From Candidatus Binataceae bacterium (GTDB taxonomy: Bacteria > Desulfobacterota > Binatia > Binatales > Binataceae), in the NCBI GenBank assembly GCA_050736615.1, contig JBOHWL010000192.1:1865-65864 (forward strand): 64,000 nucleotides of DNA. The letters are read 5' to 3'. Below, piece by piece: positions 30,101-36,761 of the stretch (position 1 is its first letter; every line of letters begins with the position of its first letter). The translations under genes and the position numbers were made by a program. Below the pieces are notes generated by a model. It ran no database searches, was not told the origin of the DNA, and saw only the letters and a program-made list of their open reading frames with translations.

Positions 30101-30904
30101 ATTGGGCGCGATGAATCCCATCGGCTGCCGCAGGGCCTGCTCGGACAAGATGCCGCTTAAGGCTTGGATTCCGAACAAATGGTCCAGGTGGGTCACCAGC
30201 ACATAGACGGGGAAGCGCACGTCCGAGATCGACATCAACTGCGCCAGCCTCGTATGGAAAAACGCCGCCTTGCCGCCGAGCCGGTCGGTATCGGGATTGA
30301 GCAATTCGTCAGCGCTGACCGTCAACACCACGCCGTTCAAGGGTTCGCGGCGGCGCTCACTCGCGATCAGATCGACTAACGTTTCCCATTCCCGGTCGGT
30401 ATCCGCTGAATGATCAGGCGCGGCGTAGCGACCGGCGGTATCAAAGACAATCGCGCGATCGAAGTAAAACCATTCGATATTGCCGGTCGGAACCATCGGC
30501 ACCGCCGGATTCACCCCGGTCATGGGTGAAACCGCGCGCGAACGCGCCAGTGCGGCGGTTTTTCCCGCACCCGCTTCACCCAGCATCAGGAACCACGGCA
30601 GGCTGTGGATCGGATTACCCGTCTTGCGCAACCCGGAGGTTTTGAGGCGCTTAACCTCTTGCCGCCATTTCGCGCGTAATGCGGCCACGCGGTCCTTGCC
30701 AATCGCCCCCGCCTGTTCCTCGCTCATGCGGAGGACCAGAAGCTTCGCATGGCGCCGATTGAGCAGCCGCCGGATAAAGATCAGGCCGCCCAGCAGGGCC
30801 AAGGCGCCGAGGAAAATCACGATCGCGAGCGGCAGCGGCGCGCGCGCGTACAGCGTAATCGCAAGCGACACGATCGCCAACGCGACGAGCGCGATGAAAA
30901 TCAA
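27152..30904 (-). CDS. tssM: type VI secretion system membrane subunit TssM (IcmF)
   Basis: 1250 aa with N-terminal TMs, Walker A GEAGAGKT and an IcmF-like C-terminal domain. Confidence 0.92.
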   Translation of the reverse strand: MIFIALVALAIVSLAITLYARAPLPLAIVIFLGALALLGGLIFIRRLLNRRHAKLLVLRMSEEQAGAIGKDRVAALRAKWRQEVKRLKTSGLRKTGNPIHSLPWFLMLGEAGAGKTAALARSRAVSPMTGVNPAVPMVPTGNIEWFYFDRAIVFDTAGRYAAPDHSADTDREWETLVDLIASERRREPLNGVVLTVSADELLNPDTDRLGGKAAFFHTRLAQLMSISDVRFPVYVLVTHLDHLFGIQALSGILSEQALRQPMGFIAPNDDSSENRRRTIDEFVDHAMEQVGGRLRDLRFEILSRGDPAEPSLLAFPDEFEQLNLGLRVLLGGVFGANPYLETAYLRGLFFGSGEQQGKADSHLLGSLAPEDRTSELPGTSRSFFLHDLFALILPSERTLARPLNTTWRWDEVTKSIGLMSWLVFAGVLIALLSAAFIRALNNLEVARSLFPKTPVMTGVLDQDLHRLKGYEDFLLWMNGRNENGAAAWLPFSGKVYRVEQAFEQSFLKTFDGYIVPETDGMIRHRENELLRSQAPPQKEYADIIEYLTRRANLGQARLAGADYNQLIAMPLPTLAELGYLDPKIDMAAASPMFGTFVAAHFAFNRDHLSEELYVDQLRKRLGNLFAVSNENMSWLIDWANLQPGLKPVTVADFWPGEGLPPEALAVPPAYTNSGQAAIGAFIQELHKALLSKNLLQRRRDLFEQWYAQKRDGAWYSFAASFDLGRNRLRGKNQWKSLLSIVGTRSDPYFQLLRHMNEELGNQNSLPWVAQLHAIAAAQKLGQAAGMLKGGTRIAGALSVNGPAVVADTLTGNPARGISQVGQTLDAAKAFAAYQDAVRGLSHDTLINQAKAEKIAADYYAFAINPAAPPSSLNDGYGKLEALKKAVVSGTAAEDPIIWSVVGGPLRSVRYYADQQAACSLQAAWQSSVLWQTQSPASRNQLSDLLFGPKGLVWNFTNGPAAPFLRRDARAYAAVRVNGAGVSFDPDFITFLDNSLYHRRLLNVSQQRGDLERQQSRTQLKNQLDQAANQIANFEPEIATLAAARYQVTLTGLPSNVNRDARAFPYETVLNLKCASGNQVLKNYNFPGQLTFSYSPSVCGDTKLEIHLQNMKLLVHYGGPDGFIHFLSDFADGSHRFLPADFPQYQGALLNLGIKWIDLGYRFTDLRDPLQHLRKLIALKKELGEIKLEQSQLRARQSQAAQQGLQTKIDDLDSTPDFAGEVPAHAALCWPLPAPAPAISASEQSRVLIHQ

Positions 30905-30951
30905 AAGGCCTTTCAGTAACTTGTTAATCGCCTGCCCCCCAGCGTGGTTGA

Positions 30952-31617
30952 TTAACCCGATATACTTAAAATGTGGCGGACCATGCCTTCGAGGATCAGT
31001 TGATAAGTGAGATAGAGACCCAACACCACGACGGCGGGGCCGATCAGCAGGCCCGCAAGCGCCTGGAAGCGCCGCGCGTCTTGCGGCGGCGCGGACGTGA
31101 CCGGTGCTTCGGGTGGATAGGCCATGCTGAAAATCGGCCGGTTCTGACTAAGCGCGCCGCCGCGCCCGCCTTCGAGCATTTCCAGTTGCCCGCGCTTAAG
31201 CCGCTCCAGCATCGCGTGGTCGGCCGGATGGTTGTATTTGCCGCGAAAGCCCAGCGCCAGCGCCATGTAATAGACACCGCGAATCTCGCGCTGACGCGGC
31301 TCCAGGGCTTCCAACCGGTCGTAAAATTCGGCGCCGGCGCGAATCGTTTTAAACAGGCTTTTTTGCAGCGGCGCTTTTCTCCATTGATTCGCTTCGGGCC
31401 AGTCCGAGCACAGCACGCTTTCGTCCACCCATGCGATCAGCGGAAACAGCGCTAGTTGAAAATCCTCGTCGCCAATGAGCGTCTTGCGGCTTTCCGCCCG
31501 AGCCGCGTCGACCAGCGTGGTCACCCGTGCGCGCAGTTGTTCACAATCGCCGCTGGGATGCCGCAAGAACGCCAGCACGTAGGCGAACGTCTCGATGAAA
31601 AGCTCCTCGAGCTTCAT
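30952..31617 (-). CDS. tssL: type VI secretion system protein TssL (DotU family)
   Basis: DotU-like cytoplasmic domain plus a single C-terminal TM helix. Confidence 0.85.
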   Translation of the reverse strand: MKLEELFIETFAYVLAFLRHPSGDCEQLRARVTTLVDAARAESRKTLIGDEDFQLALFPLIAWVDESVLCSDWPEANQWRKAPLQKSLFKTIRAGAEFYDRLEALEPRQREIRGVYYMALALGFRGKYNHPADHAMLERLKRGQLEMLEGGRGGALSQNRPIFSMAYPPEAPVTSAPPQDARRFQALAGLLIGPAVVVLGLYLTYQLILEGMVRHILSISG

Positions 31618-31620
31618 TGG

Positions 31621-33009
31621 CTATCCCCGCAACACCACGATTTCGGCTTGCAAATCCTCGGGTGCGTCGGCCCAGAACAGCGCCACGGCGCCTTCCTTTT
31701 CGACGTCGGACCACGGTTGGCAAAGCGATTCAATCCGGAAATAAAGTGAATAGCTGGCGCGCGGCAGGCCCTGCGGAGCAACCGGCATGTTGATCAGTTC
31801 GATCCCCGGCAGTGCGCGGCTGGTCAACAGCCCGATCTGGCTGGGCGCCGCCATGATCGCGCCCACCTGAAAGGCTTCGAGCACGTCCGGCGCGGGCACC
31901 TCCGTGCGCATCACCAGGTAATAGCGGCTGCGCGGCGCGAAAAAGCCCTTGGGCAGATTTGCCTTGAAAATATCGCCATCGCGCTCGAGCCGGGCCAGAA
32001 ACTCCGGACCGACGGTGAGGTCATTGAGCAGATTGGTGACCAATGATTTCGCGGCGACGATGCATTGCGCGAGATTTTCATGATTATACGGGGGCAACGC
32101 GGGTCCGCCGTCGCTGGATTCGCCCAGCAGGTTGTAGCGTTCGGAAAATGAACTCAACTCGCCCACCAACTGCCGCATCACGCCGTACACCAGCCAAGGA
32201 TGAACCCGCGAGGTCTCGGTCAAATGGAACAGGACCGGCGCGTATCGGTTGAGCGAGCGCAACGCCAGCAGATACACCATGTAACTGGCGTCGAACTCCG
32301 ACTTGCGCATCTCACGCGGCGATTTATATTGCTCCAGTTGACGGCTGCGCCCGGCGATTTCGTCGCGCAAATCCTTCAACAGCCGCGTCAACACCTCCGA
32401 CCCGGATAGGGCAAAGCAGGGCGGGATGAAGTTGCCCGCCAGCACCACGCGATCGCCGTCACGCACCAGCCGCGCGACCTGAATCGTGTCGTAGTCTTCC
32501 ATATGCTCGAGTTCGGCCGCCCAAAAAATTCGCAGCAACAGAGTCAAGCGCCGCACCTTGGCCGCCGGACCGTCGGCATACAGATCGCCCATCTCCTCGG
32601 GTTCGGCCGGCGTGATAAAGCGCCGGTTTAGCGCCGCCGTGTTGGTGTCGACGCCGATGACCGCGACATTGCGCTCGCGCTCGCTCAGCCGCTTGAGCCC
32701 GATATGAACGTCAAACGGCTGCGCACTATCAGTCCAATCCTTGTCGAATGAGCGCGAGCTGACGGTGGCGTTGCCCGGATATTCGGCGTATGAACCGTCA
32801 CGGAACAGCAGACTCGCCTGACGCAACTCGAAGACCCGATTGGCTAGCGCCGCCTCGGCAATTTCCACCGCGCCCACGCCCCAGTTATGCGGAACACTGC
32901 AATCAAGCAGCGGCTTGACCAGGTAATTCGCATACAAGTCGGAAAGCTGCAGATGCTGCGGCTGCAGGTACAGTCCCTGATGCCAAAATACCGGCTGCTT
33001 TATCTCCAT
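31621..33009 (-). CDS. tssK: type VI secretion system baseplate protein TssK
   Basis: N-terminal VFWHQGLYLQPQHLQ motif at 462 aa. Confidence 0.9.
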   Translation of the reverse strand: MEIKQPVFWHQGLYLQPQHLQLSDLYANYLVKPLLDCSVPHNWGVGAVEIAEAALANRVFELRQASLLFRDGSYAEYPGNATVSSRSFDKDWTDSAQPFDVHIGLKRLSERERNVAVIGVDTNTAALNRRFITPAEPEEMGDLYADGPAAKVRRLTLLLRIFWAAELEHMEDYDTIQVARLVRDGDRVVLAGNFIPPCFALSGSEVLTRLLKDLRDEIAGRSRQLEQYKSPREMRKSEFDASYMVYLLALRSLNRYAPVLFHLTETSRVHPWLVYGVMRQLVGELSSFSERYNLLGESSDGGPALPPYNHENLAQCIVAAKSLVTNLLNDLTVGPEFLARLERDGDIFKANLPKGFFAPRSRYYLVMRTEVPAPDVLEAFQVGAIMAAPSQIGLLTSRALPGIELINMPVAPQGLPRASYSLYFRIESLCQPWSDVEKEGAVALFWADAPEDLQAEIVVLRG

Positions 33010-33027
33010 CGCGCGCCTCTCATTTGA

Positions 33028-33801
33028 TCACTTGGCCGGCGGATTGACGCTCTGAGTGGCGATCAAAGCCCGCCGAATACGCGCGTCGCTAATCGCCACC
33101 TGGCCCATCGGGGCGCTCACGAGCGGCTGAATCTTACCGTCCAGCTTCGAGTCATCGCGCGCGGCCGTGCTGATACCCTCGGGCCCGAGATGGAGCGCGA
33201 CTTTTAATTGACCGGGCGCCGCGGTCGCGGATTTGAAGATGATGCCGCTGGTCTTCACCACCAGCGGCACCGCGAACAGCCGCGCCGTGCGCACTGGATC
33301 GAGCGAATAATAACCCACCAACAGACCGACGAAGCGCGCGTTGGCGACGCGGTCGAGAGTCAGCGTGGCCTCGCGTCCGGGTGTGACGATAAAGCTCTTG
33401 CTATCAAGCAGGATGCCTTGGCCAGGCCCGGGTTTGAGTATTGCCGCGCCGCCATGTCCCGCCTCGAGCATCGACGCGATCGAAGATTGGGTGGCGAGCT
33501 GAGTCAGAAACACGTTGGTTCCCTGGCTTTGGTAAACGCCCAGCACCACCGTATGCGGCCGGCTGTCATATGAATTCAGATTGGCGTCCGCGGTGACATT
33601 CAGCTCAATTCCATTGGCTTGCGCGCCCCACGTGACCTGTTTGAGCGCGGCGCGCTCGGCCCGCGCGGAACTCATGAAGCAGCCGCTCAGGCAAAGGGCC
33701 GCCGCCGCGAGCAGAACCTGAAGTGCCCGGCTTGGCGCATCCGCGCTCAATCCGCCGCGTACGCTCCCCGCTTGGTGGCTATTCCAGTTGCACGCTTTCA
33801 T
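33028..33801 (-). CDS. tssJ: T6SS outer-membrane lipoprotein, TssJ-like (extended)
   Basis: Lipobox LSGC. The LNSYDSRPHTVVLGVYQ segment resembles the TssJ/SciN core. At 257 aa it is longer than the canonical ~160 aa. Confidence 0.6.
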   Translation of the reverse strand: MKACNWNSHQAGSVRGGLSADAPSRALQVLLAAAALCLSGCFMSSARAERAALKQVTWGAQANGIELNVTADANLNSYDSRPHTVVLGVYQSQGTNVFLTQLATQSSIASMLEAGHGGAAILKPGPGQGILLDSKSFIVTPGREATLTLDRVANARFVGLLVGYYSLDPVRTARLFAVPLVVKTSGIIFKSATAAPGQLKVALHLGPEGISTAARDDSKLDGKIQPLVSAPMGQVAISDARIRRALIATQSVNPPAK

Positions 33802-34601
33802 TTGAGACGATGGACGAACAGTTCGGCCGCATCTGCTTCGGCATAGGGACCGAAGAGAATCGCGTCGGGTGAGCCTTCCACACGCACGAAATAGGAGTCA
33901 TTCGGGCCAAGTTGATTGCGCACCGCCCAGGCGCAAAATTCTTTGGCGCCCATCGTCAGCCTCAACCCCATTTGCGGGAAATTCAGCACCGTGCGATCGG
34001 GAATTTTGCCGCGCCCGCCGGCCGCATGCAGGTTGATTGCGCCGCCCGCCACCCCGAACAGCGCCCCATTCCAGCTTTCGTCCCGAGGACCCAACTCAAA
34101 CCATTGGCCGATCCGCTGATCGCCGTAAGCGTCGAGTCGATACTCGGCAACCGCCGCGGCCGGCCTGAGATTCGCCAAGGCGACCAACTTCGCCTCCCAC
34201 GAGGGCGTATCCGTGGTGATAATGGCCGCCCCGGCCAGCGGGGTCGGAAGCTCCACGGCACTGATCGTTCGCGCGCCACTGGAGATCAGGACAGTCGCCG
34301 GCGATATCTCAGCCTGCGCGCGTAGCGCAAGCGCGAACAGCGACAGACCATAACGGACACTGTCGCTTTGCAAACCACCCTCGCCCGTCAAGATCAACCA
34401 TATCGCCGCTCGGGCGCGGACAACTTCATCGCGCGCGGCGATCCATGCAAAGTTGGCCAAATCGTCGGTCCACAAATGGCCGTCAACTTTCAAGCCGTAG
34501 CGCGCCAGCCTGGCAGCCACCATTTGCACCGGCTGCTCGGTTTTCTCCAGCGCAGTGAGCCAAACGGTCTTCATCATTCGTCCGGCCAAACGCCTTCCCA
34601 C
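33798..34601 (-). CDS. hypothetical protein embedded in the T6SS operon
   Basis: 267 aa. The 4-bp overlap with the tssJ start suggests translational coupling. No signal peptide and no recognisable motif. Confidence 0.55.
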   Translation of the reverse strand: MGRRLAGRMMKTVWLTALEKTEQPVQMVAARLARYGLKVDGHLWTDDLANFAWIAARDEVVRARAAIWLILTGEGGLQSDSVRYGLSLFALALRAQAEISPATVLISSGARTISAVELPTPLAGAAIITTDTPSWEAKLVALANLRPAAAVAEYRLDAYGDQRIGQWFELGPRDESWNGALFGVAGGAINLHAAGGRGKIPDRTVLNFPQMGLRLTMGAKEFCAWAVRNQLGPNDSYFVRVEGSPDAILFGPYAEADAAELFVHRLK

Positions 34602-34619
34602 CTTCGCATCACAAATCGG

Positions 34620-35027
34620 TTAAGGAGCCAGCAAAAGAACGGTGAACTGGCTCGGCACCAGTGTCACACCCGGGCAATTGGTCAGATTCTGCAATGTTAC
34701 TGAGGTCAGGCGCGTGGCCGGAGCGCCGTCCACGATGACGGTAAAGGCGCCGGTTATTTGCCGCGTCGGGCCCATCACCACGCCCGAGGCCACGCCCAAC
34801 TCGACGCCGGGGTCATCGCCCTGACTCAGCGGGACCTCCGTCATCAGATTGTGCGCCGGCGTGCCGCCAAACAGGATATTGTAGGCGGCGGGCACGCCCA
34901 TCGCTTCGGTCGATAGGTTTGGATAGGGCGTGGGCACGGGCACACCCGCAATCGGGGTATTGCACACATCAGGAAAGCCCATATTCATTCCGCCCATCTG
35001 AGTATTCGCGAACATGTTCTCCTCCAC
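34620..35027 (-). CDS. PAAR-like protein (DUF4150)
   Basis: MFANTQMGGMNMGFPDVCNTP N-terminus is typical of the DUF4150 PAAR-like spike-tip family. Confidence 0.8.
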   Translation of the reverse strand: MEENMFANTQMGGMNMGFPDVCNTPIAGVPVPTPYPNLSTEAMGVPAAYNILFGGTPAHNLMTEVPLSQGDDPGVELGVASGVVMGPTRQITGAFTVIVDGAPATRLTSVTLQNLTNCPGVTLVPSQFTVLLLAP

Positions 35028-35684
35028 TCACCCCAGATGAATCTGGCCGGCATCAATCTTGGCCAGCTCTTCCGACATCACAATCGTGTTACGCGAATCC
35101 AGCGCGAACAGCTCATCGCAATGATACTGAGTATTGCGGGTGGTAATGTGCTCATGCTGATCGACGCGCCTGAAGCTTCGCGCGATCCATTGGGTCAAGG
35201 TCTCGACCACCGACTCGAACCGCGTCGCCACCAGTTTCACCCGGCCCACCACCGCGTTGAGGGATGCGCCGCTGTGGTTCAGTTCCCCAACGGTCACGTC
35301 GCCGCGCCCGGCGGCGACATTGATCGCGGAGGAAAGAAGGGAAATATCGGCCGGACTTGCCAGGTCGATGCCGTTTTCGGCGTTCAATAAAAGCCGCCCG
35401 CGTGCGATTTTGAGATGGACATCGCCCTCGAATGCGAGGCCCAGCCGCGCGCCGCTGCCGCGTTCGAGAATCGCCAGGACATACGAGGTACGGTCATCGC
35501 AGGTAACGTACAAAACCTTATCGCCCAAGGCTGGAATAAGTATGCAACTGAAAGCGCGCTCGCATCTCAGCAGGCCCCGCTCGCCGCGCACCGTGAGTGG
35601 TTCGCACAGATGCACCACACCGGTCATGATGCCAGTGGGGGCCGGATGCGGCGGGCGCTCAAGTTTATAAATTGAACTAGCCAT
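35028..35684 (-). CDS. DUF3540-domain protein
   Basis: ~218 aa, placed between the pentapeptide-repeat and PAAR-like genes, which is the conserved neighbourhood of DUF3540. Confidence 0.55.
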   Translation of the reverse strand: MASSIYKLERPPHPAPTGIMTGVVHLCEPLTVRGERGLLRCERAFSCILIPALGDKVLYVTCDDRTSYVLAILERGSGARLGLAFEGDVHLKIARGRLLLNAENGIDLASPADISLLSSAINVAAGRGDVTVGELNHSGASLNAVVGRVKLVATRFESVVETLTQWIARSFRRVDQHEHITTRNTQYHCDELFALDSRNTIVMSEELAKIDAGQIHLG

Positions 35685-35693
35685 TGGAATCCT

Positions 35694-36761
35694 CTATCGG
35701 CGCGCGCCCCAATCCTCCGCCTCGGCCAGTTCGGGATCGGTGCCCGACGCGCTCGCACGGTTCGCGCTTCCCCACAACACCTGCGAAAGGTCGGCGCGAT
35801 GGAATTTGGCGCGGGCCAGCATGGCGCCATTGAAATCGGCACCCTCGAGCTTGGCATGGAAGAAGTCGCAGAACGAAAGATTCGCGCGCGCAAAGCCGGT
35901 GCGCTGACACAACGCGCGGCTGAACTGCGCCTGTCCCAGCTCGGCGCCATCCAGCCGCGCGGCTGTGAGATCCGCCTCGATAAACAGCGCCTGCGTCAGC
36001 GAAGTACGCTTGAGGCTCGCGCCCTCCATTTTCGCCTGCACGAAGATCGCATTGTCCGCGCGCGCCCCATCGAGTATCGCACCGGTCAGATTGGCGCCTT
36101 TGAAATTGCATTGCGACAGATTGGCGCCGCTCAGATCGCATCCCGACAAATCGGCCTCCATAAACTGGCAGAGCTCGAGATTCGCGCCGGACAATTTCTG
36201 TCCAGCCAGTGTGGAATTCATAAAAAACGAAAGCTCGCAAGCCATGCCAGCCATCACCGCGCTGGATAAGTTGGTTTTGATGAGCGTCGTCCGGTGCAGC
36301 CTCGCGTTCGCAAAATTGACACCAGTCAACACGCTGTTAAGAATCGAAGTTCGCTCAAGATGCGCACCGGTGAGATCCGCCGAACTCATATCGGTGTTGA
36401 TAAAGGCCGTCAGCTTGAGATCAGCTTCTCCGAGTTCCACCCCCTTGAGTCCGCAATCAAGGATTTTGGCATTCAGCAGCTTGCTCCGTTCCAAATTGGT
36501 CCGTTCCAGCTTGGAGCGCTCGATCACGGTACGGCTCAGCAGCGCGTCGCCCAGGTCGGCTTCGGAAAAATCCGCTTCGCTCAGAATCGATTCCTCGAAC
36601 GAAACGCGTTGTAGCTTGGCTCCGCGAAAATTCACCTTATTGAACACGCCGCCGGATAAGTCAGCGTCCGCCAGGTCGAGGCTGGAAAAATCCATATTGG
36701 TTATAAGCTCGCCGTTGCGCACGCCCGCAATCAGTTCCTCCCGTGTCATCGCGGCTTCCAA
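35694..36761 (-). CDS. pentapeptide-repeat protein
   Basis: Tandem A(D/N)LxG/A(N/D)F pentapeptide repeats run through the whole protein. Confidence 0.9.
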   Translation of the reverse strand: MEAAMTREELIAGVRNGELITNMDFSSLDLADADLSGGVFNKVNFRGAKLQRVSFEESILSEADFSEADLGDALLSRTVIERSKLERTNLERSKLLNAKILDCGLKGVELGEADLKLTAFINTDMSSADLTGAHLERTSILNSVLTGVNFANARLHRTTLIKTNLSSAVMAGMACELSFFMNSTLAGQKLSGANLELCQFMEADLSGCDLSGANLSQCNFKGANLTGAILDGARADNAIFVQAKMEGASLKRTSLTQALFIEADLTAARLDGAELGQAQFSRALCQRTGFARANLSFCDFFHAKLEGADFNGAMLARAKFHRADLSQVLWGSANRASASGTDPELAEAEDWGARR

